A stretch of DNA of 64,000 bases from contig OZ176052.1 of assembly GCA_964247055.1 (NCBI GenBank), positions 8,990,001 to 9,054,000 on the forward strand, given 5' to 3'. Both the position numbers and the translations under genes were made by a program. The notes under the pieces were generated by a model that was not told the DNA's origin, did not search any database, and saw nothing but the letters and a program-made list of their open reading frames with translations. How positions within the stretch are numbered: position 1 is the stretch's first letter; every line of letters begins with the position of its first letter. Below, in pieces: positions 1 through 12,853 of this stretch. The stretch is from Paragordius varius. Its lineage: Eukaryota > Animalia > Nematomorpha.

Positions 1-307
1 ATTTTTTTCAGCTAGAAGATCATAGATATTATTAAAAACTTTGCCCAAAATCTGCGAGTATAATTTTTTTTCACGATTTTGGTAAAAAATTAAATAGGCT
101 TTAACGCCATAAGTAAAATAATGAAATTGATTAGAAAAATATATATAGATTAAAATATACTATATTTATCAAGTAAGGAGATATACAAAAATTTAGACCA
201 CACATGTGCGCCAATTAAAAAAAATTTTGAGCCAATGTTATGGCTTTTTACTATCTAATTCAATTAATACTGCATGAACCTTCAAATTTCCATTATTATA
301 TAAACAG

Positions 308-3300
308 GTTGTTCTTCTCGTTGCTGTTGTCACTGCAAAACATCTCCTTGTGGTGTTTCCTCATCTATACCCAATTCTCCATCACATAAAACTCAAAACG
401 GTTACCATAAAAATAAAAGTCATCATTACCACCACAATGTTTCCACCGCATGTTGCAAAGGACATAATGGTATTCATGAGCAGCACAATATTAACAAGTC
501 AGGTTGTGAATCAATAGTTGCGGATTATAAAGATCAAAATATTTGTAACGACGGTTATAATATGAAAAATACCATTTCCCCTTCTTATGGTTTTGAACAT
601 TGTTCACAGCAACATAATCCAGATTATCACAATGATAAAAATAAATGTTGCGATGCGCATACAACTCATTCGAAGGAATCCAATTGTTGTTCAAATTATA
701 AAGACGGGGGACATTCCTGTCCCCACAAAAATGGTCAAACTGCCGAAAATAATGGCGGTTCATCTGAATGGTGTGCTTTACCAGAAGGATTAAATGCTGT
801 AAGTATTTAAATTTATTTTTCTCAAATTAACAGGATATTATTATATTACATAATAAGTTTGCAAAAAGTGTTTGAATATAAGTCTTTGCTTTTTTTATAA
901 CATTTTTGTAGGGGGTCCAATAATAAAAGACTTTCAGTTAAAATCATTTTTATTTTTGTTTATCTTTTCTCTAAGTGATTAGGATTGTTAAATAAAGGGA
1001 TCATCAACTCAATAACTTACAACTCATATTTGACATTGATGATTAAGGGTTTGGAAATAAGCCTGGCTTTTAATAAAAATGATATTTAATTATTTTATAA
1101 ACTACAGCTTCTAATAAACAAACTACCTTACCTTACATATATTAATGTAATAACGTCGATATTCTTTTCTTCACTTTCTAGGAACATCAAGAACTAATCC
1201 GTAAACTAGTTTTTTATCAGGATCAATTTGAGTTGCCACCAGAAGAGGAAGTTAAAAAGATTACACCGTTCACCTCTTTTTCCGAATACCAGGCTACGAC
1301 GGCATCAGAAAAAACTAGTAGCCCATCGTCATCATTATCATTAAATGTTAAACAAAGTGGAGGAGATATAAATGGTGATGTCGGAGGATCCCCTTCTGAT
1401 AGCCTTGATTTGGCTCACATGAATATGAATCATGTTAACACTGACCACATTAATTATCACGGCACCAATAACGATAATTTGAATGGTCAACAATCGCAAA
1501 TCGGTATTTTGATGTTTTGCTTAAATTATTTAAGTTTTAAGATTTAGCAGGGATAACTACAATTGTAATGGTGAATGACGGATATGTTTTGTAATAATAA
1601 CAGTTGTTAAATCCGTAAGATTATGATGAACGAAAATTAAATAGAAAATTAATTGAAAGTTAATATTAACATTAATTATAAATGATACATAAAACCCTTT
1701 CGCCAATAGTAATCGCACACTAGTTTCGTGCTTGTTAGCACTCATCAGTACGACACAACTATTTGACTTGGGGTTTTCACATATCGATTTTGTTTTAAGT
1801 CTATTTTTCTTCCGATTCCAAACTGGTTGGGGTGAAATGTTTGTCCTAAAAATTATTTTCGCCATAAATTTTTTAACTTGGATTTTTAATAATTTACTAA
1901 GAGCTTAATTATTTTACACAGCATTAACATAAAATATTATTTAACTCTACCGTTCAAATACATAAAAAAATATTTTTTATAATTTAAGTAAACACAACAT
2001 AAACGTGATATTTTATAAAATTCGGATTAATAATTTTAAATCAATTTTGAGAACCATAGTTTTGGTCACATTATTTGGACCATGGTTTAATCCCAATAAA
2101 GTTTTCCTAAGGTAAATTGCATATTTAAATTATTATTCACACATAATATTTTAATTACAGAAGATGAAGATGAAAGCATTTTTGCCAAATTTCAACGGTT
2201 TTCCCATTGCACTGAATTAACCATACTAGTTACACAACTTATAGTTGAATTCACGAAACGTCTCCCAGGTTTCCAAACACTCTTACGAGAAGATCAAATA
2301 ACTCTCCTAAAAGTATATCTCAAAAAAATTTTAAAGCTCATTTTAAAATCAATGTCATAAATTTTCAAATATTTTAAAAGATATTATTTTTTTGATTATG
2401 GGTATTTGTATTGTATTACACCTCTTTTATAACTTTACAAATAATTTTTTTGAAAGTTTTTTTAAAAAATTTTAATTATCATTGATGGGTATAAAAATTT
2501 TAAGATTTTTTTCTTCGAAGTTTGATCATAAACTTGAAAAATGGTTATTTACAGAGTATATGTAACATTTTATATAAGTTTTATGAAGCAAAACCATTTT
2601 TTATGCGCATAAATAGTATGGCACAAAAAAAATTTAAAATTACATAATTTTCACAAAAAGAGTTTAAATTTATAGTCCGAACAAAAGAATTTTGATGTAT
2701 TGTATATGTGCAAACATAATACTTTACGGATTATATTTTTAATTAGGCTGCAGTATTCGAATTAATGGTATTACGCACGGCACGAAGATATGATTTGGAA
2801 ACGGATTGTGTCGTTTTTGCCAACAATGTGCCCTACACGCGAGATAATTATAAATCGGCCAACATTGGTGAAATTAGCGAGGCTCAATTCGATTTTTGTC
2901 GATCCATGGCCATTATGAAAGTGGACAATGCCGAATATGCTTTACTATCAGCAGTCCTAATTTTTTCTGGTAAGAATATCTTGTTTAGTGAATGATTTCT
3001 TCAAAAACGCTAGTATATCCTAATTATAATAAGATAATTTTGTTAAAATGATTGATATTAAGATAAATTCCGTCAACGATCTTCCATATATATATATATA
3101 TATAAATCGTGTTTTTTAACCAATTTTCCGGAAAACTTGTAGGCTAATTTAAATTCAATAATCAGCATACACATTTCTATAATTTGGCCAATCATTTAAG
3201 ATATAAACTGTAGCCTTGGTGTTTAGCTCCACTTTCTAACAAATGCGGGTACAAGTCCCCTAAATTGTGTCCTTGAAACAAATTTTCGGAAAACGGTGTG

Positions 3301-3866
3301 GCCGTATAATAATAATTAAAACACCATTCTAATTTCCATCTGCCAGCCTATATAAATATCAATATAACTATCTATAGTTCATATATATCATAATTAAAAA
3401 CAAAAAATTGAGGTTTTTTATTCCACCACCATACTAAATAGTGTTATAAGATGAATGATAAAAAATAAATTATATTCATATAATTATTAAAATTTGTGAA
3501 TTCTATCTTATCAACAAAATATATAACATTCTTATAGATCGCCCAAACCTGTTGGAGCCGACAAAAGTGGAAAAAGTCCAAGAAATGTACTTGGATGCTT
3601 TACGAAATTACGTGGAACTTCAACGGGGTGGTCATACTTTTTCATCTCATCATCATTGCCATTGTTGCTGTTGTTCACACAATAAATCCCGAGACGCTAA
3701 TAATAACTCGACTGTCCCCAACGTAAACGTTTTAGCGAGATTACTAATGAAACTTACTGAACTACGGAGTATAGCTTGTCAACATTCAGATATGTTATTC
3801 TCCCTCAAACTTAAGGATCATAAATTACCACCTTTACTTTCAGAGATATGGGATGTTAAGCCATAG
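308..3866 (+). CDS. EcR: Ecdysone receptor (NR1H), hinge plus ligand-binding domain; 5' part including the DNA-binding domain lies upstream of the window
   Basis: Phase-consistent GT-AG exons 308-798, 1182-1503, 2161-2312, 2747-2969, 3538-3866. They encode LVFYQDQFELPPEEEVKKI, TELTILVTQLIVEFTKRLPGFQTLLREDQITLLK, MVLRTARRYD, VVFANNVPYTRDNY, MKVDNAEYALLSAVLIFSDRPNL and the AF-2 end LPPLLSEIWDV, all typical of EcR. Confidence 0.93.
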
Positions 3867-6079
3867 TCTACATCTGGGTTTCGTTTGATGGATTAGATAG
3901 ATAGACTAAAAATTAGAGCTATTTTCTTAACTGGCAACTATATTACGAAAACCAAAACACCACTTTTTAAGCAAAAAAACAGGATTTTATTTGACCCAAC
4001 AAAATTATAAATACGTCTGTGATATATACATTTTTGCGAGATGGTATGGTGTGTGTGTGCTTAAAAACTGGCACTAGATTTCAATTTTATAGCGCTCAAT
4101 CTCTATGATTATAGATATAATAATCATTTTAAGTTTTGGTTGATGTTACTAAAATTATAGGGAATATTATGCATCTATTTCTTTTTTCTCTACTTAATAC
4201 ATGCACAAATCATCAAAAAAATGATTATTCATTATGATTTTTTACTGTATTTAATCCATTGTATATCAACTCTTAATAGTATTATTTTGAATCTTCATAT
4301 TTATTGATCCACCCATATAATGGTATAAATATATTATTATTTATATTTATACATATAATTTTGTATTATTTTATGCGATCAAAACTAAAACTAATTATGA
4401 AAAAAACAATAAAAAATTTGGATATTTTTATCCCGTTCAAATAATAGTATTATCTCCACAATAATGAAAAAATGTAATTTTCATATAACAATAATAAAAT
4501 TTTTTTTAGTTAGATATGTATTTAATTAATCTAAGTAACCATATAATGTATAAATAAAAAATTGCAAATATATGAATTGATATGATAGATAATAATAATA
4601 ATCTATATACAAAATACATATATTCCCAATTGCATTTCTAGTATAAATCACATTGTGTTAAATATATCTTGATGACCATACAATATTTATTATTTTTTTA
4701 CGTTTAAAATTTTTTTTAAATAAATAAATTGCAAGGATCAACCAACGCTCGTTGAAAATGAACAAGAAATTAAATTTTATCATATATACTACTACAAAAA
4801 CTTTCAATATCGCAAACTATTTCTTTCTATGTAGAAAATTTATTTACACACCTTTTTTATGTATGGGCTGTAGACTTTTACCTATTTTACATATTTTGTA
4901 TCTTATTTAATTATTATAATTTACATATTGAAATAACCGTGATATGGTTATCAATTCAATATATAAATATCCCGATGTAATAAATTTTTAACGTAATACT
5001 TGATTTATTTTGTTTAAATAAAAAGGTTTAATCAAGATATATATAATGCAAATACTTTGGCAAGTTTGAGTAATTACAAATTAGCAATACACAAATATAA
5101 ATATAGATCTCAAAATTCCGATAAAAAATATGTTATGAAATGGCACCTTGTATGTGATAGTTTTAAAATAACTCTTATATAAAAAAATTTGAAGCTTTTT
5201 AAGGATTGCACACATAAGCAATGCAGTACAATTTGAGAGAGATTTTCTTTATTTAATGTAAAATGTTTATCGATATATAAGTACAAAATAATAAGCTCTA
5301 AGCAAACAATATTTACACATGGAAAAAAGGAAAACTTCACATTAATCTCGTTTCTTATTGCCTCTCCTTTCTTGAGGTGAAGAATAATCTTCAAAGCTTT
5401 TCAACGGTTTTTTGTTTGCCTGATTTGCTTTTTGCCGAACATTTTCTTCAGACATTGTTTGTTGATATGCGCTTGTTTCGTTTAAATCATGCGTTCTACC
5501 GCCATTTACTGATTAACACATATATTATTCATAAATGCATTAATCATAAAATATGCCTAAATTATTCCCTCACCTCTATCGTGTAAAATATGATGGATTT
5601 ATTATCATTAGAAGAATATATATATATATAATAGAATGAAGAATAAATTAAAAACTCAAAATGTTTCATGTAAATTTATATTGATTATCACGCAGTGAGC
5701 AAAAAGAGAAAAGCATCAGTAATTAATTATGAAAGTTTGAAATTTTTTCAATGTTTACTTTTCGAATAACTAAACTATATAAAGGTATCAACATATTGAT
5801 CCATATAGATATTTATCATTATTATAAAAAATTTATTTCATTAAGACGCATCTTAATATAATGAAAATTGATGCTGATAACTAAATAAAAAAGTATTTTG
5901 TCAAAACCATATTTTTTAAACCTTATTTTTTAATATAATTTATAGTTTTGCGTTGCGAAATAAAGATTAGACATATAAATTGTTAATAAGCCCCATTATT
6001 GTAAGTATATGGTTTATATAATAAGAAATCAAGAATAAAAAAGATTAGTTTTTTACGTTTCAAATTTTTTAGTGATATC

Positions 6080-7809
6080 TTATGTACCGTTTTGTCGGGT
6101 TCCATATAAATGAGATTTTTTTGAATGGGTAACCGGAGTCTCAGCATAGTCTTGCTGATTTAGAGATTCGAATTGTTCCTCACTATCATATTTTTGATGT
6201 TTTCGCCTTCTTTCTCTAACATCAGTATCATCCAAGTCACCTATAAAAAATTTGAAATTGAATGTATTCAAATTTATACAAATGTAATTAATAATACTAC
6301 ACTTATTAAAAAGTTTAGTTAAATTAAAAAATACCACACTTGTCTCAAAATTAGGACATACCATTTGGTACATGATGATTGTCATCATCGTCATAAATTT
6401 CCTTTTTAGGATGCGAGGATGGTGGTTTGCTATATCGCGAATCCAAAGAATTCCCATTCTCCCCGTTTTTCAAAAGGCTGGATTTAGCCGCATGTTTTTT
6501 GCCCTTGAAGGGCATGAACCAATCTCTAAAACCTTTTGAACCACTTGACGATGTTAAATTACCGAAAGATCCACCGTATGTTTTTTGAAGTGCATCCCAT
6601 ACACCACCCATAAATATGGTACAAAAAACGTTTTCAGTTCCAGCAAATGGATCATTTATATGAAACAATAAAGCCGATAACCGGAGATAAGCCATAAACA
6701 AAAATACGGTTGCGAAAAGAATGGGCGTTGGAAATTGAGTTGCAGCAATCCCCATTTTATTCAATGTAAAAATGATGGCAGATATAAGGCAAATTTTGGT
6801 GGATCTATATTTTTAGGCGCATGTACATATTTAATTTAATGCTTTGTAAAGGTTAAGAAACCAGAAAATTATAGGAAAACCACCAAAGCTCTGGAAAATC
6901 AACCTTATTAGGGTAGTGCTTTGTAAAATACCCGGATTACATTTTTGGATTAACTTAAAATTTTTATATTTTAACGCATTCCAGTTGCAATCCTCTAGCA
7001 ATGCATCTGCTATAAGCCTTTTGTCGGTCAAAGATGTAAAAATTAGTGTGATGCATAGAAATTTTGGGCCTTATAAATAAAAGTTAATTAATAAACTTAC
7101 GCAGTTGGCTGCAAAATTTCACTTGAGTTTGGAACCCATATTCCGCGCATAGACCTTTCGAAATTTCTTATGATTAGACTCCCGACACCTAAAAACAGGA
7201 TATATATAATTTATTGAATTATGTCCTTTACCTTTAATAGTTCCAATCATTACAACAATTAAGAATGAAGTAGGATACGTGTTCATAGCAATGTTTACAC
7301 CATCATATACAGCTCGACATCTGTAGAGTTCTTTAGCCACAGATATAATAACTTTGACAGGAAAAAAGTTGCAGATGTTATAGGCAATATCAAACGGGGA
7401 ATAAAACATAATATACCTTAAAATAAAATTAAAAAATACCATACGGCAGTCGAATACAATATACTTTCTTCATTTTTAAATGGAATCAATATTGAATGAC
7501 CCAAAAGAAAGTTTGCCAGAAAACTTCCTGCATAAATGGATAACATTGTTGAAAACCAACAAGAAAGTGGGTGTTTCCTGGAAAATGATCTGTCATCTAA
7601 GACAATAGATATTAAATTATATTTGAATAAATTTGGTAGACATTAAAGATACCTAATTCGTCCTTTAAAGATAAACAAACTCCAATCGCATGAGCAATTA
7701 TAAAATAGGGAAATGTTTTTAGAGAAAAGAGTTTGTTTGAAAGATCTATGAGTAAAATACGATCAAATTTTAATAAATCGAAAGACGAAAGATAGTCATA
7801 CATATTCAT
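6080..7809 (-). CDS. TMEM38: Trimeric intracellular cation channel (TRIC/TMEM38), ~396 aa with a long hydrophilic C-terminal tail
   Basis: Exons 7809-7653, 7596-7440, 7416-7232, 7188-7101, 6804-6362, 6240-6080 total 1191 nt (in frame). Motifs SRKHPLSCWFSTML, AVWYIMFYSPFD, KELYRCRAVYDGV, RGIWVP and INDPFAGTENVFCTIFMGGVWD match TRIC channels. Confidence 0.9.
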
Positions 7810-8946
7810 GTGGATAAATGAGTATCGCAAAAATATGTAATTTAACATATGCTTTGTGCTATCTTAGCCAACATATTAATTGGATTTAAGCTATTATGAA
7901 CAAAAAGATTTATATTTATATAGGCAGCCCAGTATATATATAAAAATATTAGTATAATAAGGAGTTTTCTGCGCTAAAATACTATTATTACCACCATTAC
8001 TTTTCGGGGTAGTTTTCTATCCCATTTCAAATCGAAATACTTGAAATAATCCACATTCCAAACACACATTCTATGATAATATAAAAGCAATAACTATAAC
8101 ACAACAAAATAACGGATGATAGTTCTCTATTTTTTTATTTTTTCGGATCCACCGAACATGCCTACTCAGAAAGCCTCTGTATTTAGTTCCCTGCCCGCTA
8201 AATGAATTTATGTAAAATCTAATCCCCAAAAAAATATAGGCATCCCACCCAAGAGATACTAAATTAAAAAAAATTTAAGGCATACTCAGAATGACACAAA
8301 AATACCCAGCGCTTTTTCCGTAGCCGTAGTCAAAAGTTTATCCCGCATGAAAGCAAAAAGTTAAAAAGAGGATTTTTTTAACTGGACATGGTTCCCCTTT
8401 CTGTGTATATAAGGTGACCAGACGTCCCGCTTTTTCACACTTTGTCCCGCGTCCCGCTACGTTTTTAAAATGTCCCGCTTTTTCACGATTATATAAAAAA
8501 AATTTTTTAATACAAATAAAAATTTTTATCCGTTTAAATTTTTTAAAATTTATTTTTTTCGAATTTATATCATATGATTATACACTTTCCTTCCTACTAC
8601 TACTGTCATCATTATCAAAAAAAGTTAACTGAATATCTTTGTTAGAAGCCCTGAAGAATGATTGACGTCCCCCTGCCCTGAGGCGCGTAAAAGCGTAGGA
8701 AGGCGGTAAGGGTCGTCCTGTGCGGACAGTGACGGTATGGAGCAAGCCTGTCACACCCTTTTCTGGATACCTGGATACCACAAATCTTTAGATTAAATGA
8801 CAAATTGATACCACAAATCGGTACCTTACACGTTTATTCCAGAAAATTAAGGTAATATAATATTTATTATACTAATAGTAGTTTATGATTATGAGCACAA
8901 AAAGAGGTTAAAAATTCAACGATGAATTAATCAAAGATTTTCGCTT

Positions 8947-10526
8947 TTGGAGAGGAAGAAAAATTTGGCACCAGCTGAAAGCTGGTTATCTTTTCACGCC
9001 GTTAATCATAATCATTCCTTTAGATCCATGGACTGTACCTCACAGGTTATTCGCACGTTATTCCATAAAAAATTTACATGTACCCGTACAAAGGCTAAAG
9101 CCATTGAGTGCAATGTCCTTTCGCCACATGCATTTTCTCAAATACAAAAAGATTTGCTGAAAATTAATCTCTTATCCCTATTGATGCATCAATCACCATG
9201 AAACAAAATTATTTCCCACTTTAATAAGATATTTTGATTCAGAAACCGGAGTAAAAATTAAAATTTTAGATTTAATTTCTCTACTATGTGAAAATTCCGA
9301 AATAATATTTACTTCAATAATGCATATTCCAGAAAAAAATAATTTAAAAGACAAAATTATCGCATATTGCGCTGACAACACCAATACGAACTATGGTGGA
9401 AAAGCAAGGAGGGGAACAAAATATATTTTTTATAAATTAACAGATAATCTTAATCAAAACAAAATTGGCTTTGGGTGTGCAGCTCATATAATACACAACG
9501 CTATTCAAACAGCTGCTGATTTGTTACCCCTAGATGTGGAAAATGTAGTTGTTAAAATATATTTCTATTTTTATATATACACGGTACGTGTTGAATCGCT
9601 TAAAGAATTATGTGAAAATGCAGAAGTTCAATATCAATAAATGCTTGGATATTGTAAAACTCGTTGGTTAGCTTTTATGCCAGCTATCGAAAGAATTTTA
9701 AAAATGTATGATGCTTTAAAATCTTTTTTTATCACTCTTCAAAAATATGGTTAGAATTCTTACATAATTAAGCTTCTCTCTTTCAAAATGTTATTAAATT
9801 TATAGAAGGTGACAAAATTTCGGCAATCGAAGTAGTCAATGAAGATAGTAACCTAAAATTCCAATGTCAAGAACGGTTAGAAAATAATTTTATACCATTA
9901 ACCATTCGCAATATAATAAATAATTTAGAAAAGCAAGGCTTAATAAATCGCCAGGACTTGTACCATATAAAAATGTTTTGTACAAACTGTAAAGATTATT
10001 TGGAAGACTGGACGACGCAATTTAATGAAATTGATCATTTTCATTGGCTAACATTAAAATCAGAATTTAATTGATGCGATGTTCTAAAATCATTTAAATC
10101 TGCTCCCAAAAATTCTCAAAAAGTAATCTTTCAGAAAATGATCTTTTTTTTGAAATATCATTAGTTAAAAGATATATAAATAATGAAAAACTTAAATTAT
10201 GGACAAAAGAAAAATATACAGCAGAAAAGAAATGGTTGGAAATATTTCATCATTTTGAAGCGAACTATATTACATACAATATATTTTAAATATTGTGGAA
10301 TTCGCACTATCTTTACCTCCAATTAACGCTAATATTGAGCCGTTTTTTCACAGTAAATCAGGTGTGGACATCGGAAAAATCAAATTTAAATGTTGAAACT
10401 TTAAAGGCCGTTTTATCTGTCAAATATAATTTGACAAATTCTTGTGAAGACTTCTGCAATATTTTAAAAAATGATGACAATCTGCTAAAACGCATTCAAT
10501 CAAACAAAAAATATACCAAAGAATAA
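8947..10526 (+). pseudogene. Frameshifted hAT-family transposase
   Basis: Fragments in shifting frames with stops: KFTCTRTKAKAI, DASNH, CADNTNTNYGG, GFGCAAHIIHNAIQTAAD, GYCKTRWLAFMPAIERIL, and a C-terminal dimerisation-like LNVETLKAVLSVKYN. Confidence 0.85.
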
Positions 10527-10629
10527 AATATTTTATTTAAAGTTTTTGTGTTAAAAAATAAACAAAATTACTTAAAATATTGTATAAGTCTTCATAATTT
10601 AAATTATACTTGAACACATAAAATGGCTT

Positions 10630-11400
10630 TTATTCAACATTTAAATTTGATTCCGTGTCCTTACTTAATTTCCTGTGCAAAAACGCGTTCATAGCAGTGG
10701 TTCAAGTAAAGATAATAATTCTACAATTAAAATATTATTGTATGGAACACAATTTGTTTAAAAATGATTATTTTAACCATTTCTATCCTACGTATTTTTT
10801 TCTGTTGTCCATAATATAAGTTTTCATTCAATATATATATTTAATAATGAGACTTCATAAAAAAGTGTCATTGTGCACCGTCTTGTCTTCCAAATAATCG
10901 TTTCTGTTTGTATAAAACATTTTTATATTCTGGCTATTCATTGAGCCTTGTTTTTCTGGATGCTTTATAATATTGCGATTAGATAATGGTATAAAATTAT
11001 TTTCTAACCTTTTTTTGACTTGGAATTTTGACCTTTGTCCTGTGATAAAAAATAGGATTCTAGGAGATCACATTTTTATAAACATTTCAATCGCTAGCAA
11101 AAGAGCTAACCAACAGTTCTACAATATCCAAGCATTTTAACATCTATATTTTCCACATCCAGGGGTAACAAATCAGTAGCTGTTTGAATAGCGTTGTGTA
11201 TCTGCCAATAATGTTTTGATTAAGATCATTCGCTAAATTGTTAAAAATATTTTTTGTGCCGCTTCTTGCATCACCCAGCGCACTTTGTGATGATTTCGTC
11301 TTTATTATTTTTTTCTAGAATTTACAATCACTTCAGCCTTTGTTCGTGCACATGTAAATTTATTGAATAAGGTACAAACAACCTGTGAGGTACAATTTTT
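10630..11400 (-). pseudogene. Second, internally deleted copy of the same transposase in inverted orientation
   Basis: The reverse complement matches the + strand copy, e.g. tacacaacgctattcaaacagctactgatttgttacccctggatgtggaaaat (cf. ~9490-9545), tgtacctcacaggtt (cf. ~9032) and aatcaaatttaaatgttgaa (cf. ~10378). Confidence 0.8.
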
Positions 11401-11544
11401 TTATAATTATAATGTATTTGTGTTAAAAATAAATAAATATTACAATAAATTTTTTGTATAAAAATTTTTGGTTGTACCCTCCAATGACCCCCCTTCTCAG
11501 ATTTGTCCCGCTTTTTCCTTTAAAAAATCTGGTCACCTTATGTA

Positions 11545-12780
11545 TATGCCACCATATAAAATAACGGGACTTTAAAGAAATCCAACTATAAGTCCATGTA
11601 GCATTAACTACAGTTTTGAGTATCAGTGCAGAAGCTAGCAATTATTATTCCGGTGCTTTTTAATTAGCGGGTTGGATGCCACCCTATGTTAAATACGCCA
11701 CCATTAGAATTAAATTGATCCAGCTAATTTATCCTGTAAAAATTATGGTTATAGGTATGACGCGTATAAAAATAAATTTGGAAGCCGCTGGGTAGGAATC
11801 TACCATTTGTCATAAACGCCATATGGAAAAAAATGGACTTTGAAGCTGATTGTGGCCCAAGTTGAGCTATATGGATTCAATAATGGTTTTCTTATTTTGA
11901 GCAGAACATTTTTGTTAAATTCGGAATTATCTATAGATGGATTTAATATTTTTTAGGCCCTAAAAGCAAAAACTAAAAGCGCTTTTCTAAATAAACTGCT
12001 GGATAGTGCCCTACCCATCGGTAAAAATGCCACCGTACAAAAATATTTAGCTTTGAAAGAACCTTTTAAATAAGCTACAATCATGGTTGAAAGTATTCCC
12101 TTAATGAAGAAAACTTTGGTAGACGTCTTTTTTGTTAACCCGATGAGGGATCCATCATCCGTGTAATAGCACCACTCAAAACCTAGATACCATATAGATT
12201 CATTAATGGTTTTCAGTCTCGTATAAAGCCAAAAATAATTTTCAAGCGCTTTGTAAAGATGAACAAAAAATAACATGGTTTGAAAGCAACTTTTCGAAAA
12301 TTACTATTAGACCTTATGGATTTATTTTATTATTGTATGAGAGAAAATTTTAGACAAAAGCATTTTTAAATTCTTTGAGTAGAGCCCGACCATATGTTAA
12401 ATGCGCCACCATGTAAAATAACATGACTTCGAAGCAATACGTGGTTGAGGCTAAGATACTATCTAAATCAATTTTAATACTAACTCTATAAATGCAAAAA
12501 TTTTAACACAGCGCTTTTTTGAATAAAACAATTGGTAGGACCCCATTCAATGTCTCATACGCCACCATATAAAACAAAGTGGCCTTTTACTCCAAAATTA
12601 TAATATCAAATAGATACTTATAAAACTTCTTGTATAAAGGAGAAATTCCCTGCCTTGTTAAATGATCCATTATAAAAAAACCGGTTTAAAAGCATCTTTT
12701 TATAAAACTTAATAGAATATATTTAATGGTTTTAGATTTTTCTCGTATAAAAGCAAAAATTAAGTTAAGATCTTCAATAA
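11545..12780. repeat. Degenerate tandem/dispersed repeat family (recurring cgccaccat-ataaaa...ggactttgaag and cagcgctttttt motifs)
   Basis: Motif variants recur at ~11547, 11695, 11815, 12403 and 12558. Related motifs occur at ~8305 and 32020-32620. Confidence 0.5.
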
Positions 12781-12853
12781 GTCTATGAGTGACACCTTAT
12801 GATATATATTCATCTTTTTCCTTTTATCAAAGAAAAAGTATTTTATCAATTCA

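Larger units (their letters stand above)
8410..11540. mobile_element. hAT-type DNA transposon (defective, composite)
   Basis: 13-bp perfect TIRs TAAGGTGACCAGA (8410) and TCTGGTCACCTTA (ending 11540). Flanked by an exact TGTATA duplication (8404-8409, 11541-11546). Subterminal GTCCCG repeats and internal transposase remnants. Confidence 0.85.

Noticed and set aside
3085-3105. Short (TA)n microsatellites here and at ~5615, 27543 and 40312
   Set aside because: Ordinary for an AT-rich genome.
8648-8700. Hammerhead ribozyme suggested by CTGAAGA
   Set aside because: No correctly placed GAAA and no stems I-III could be built.
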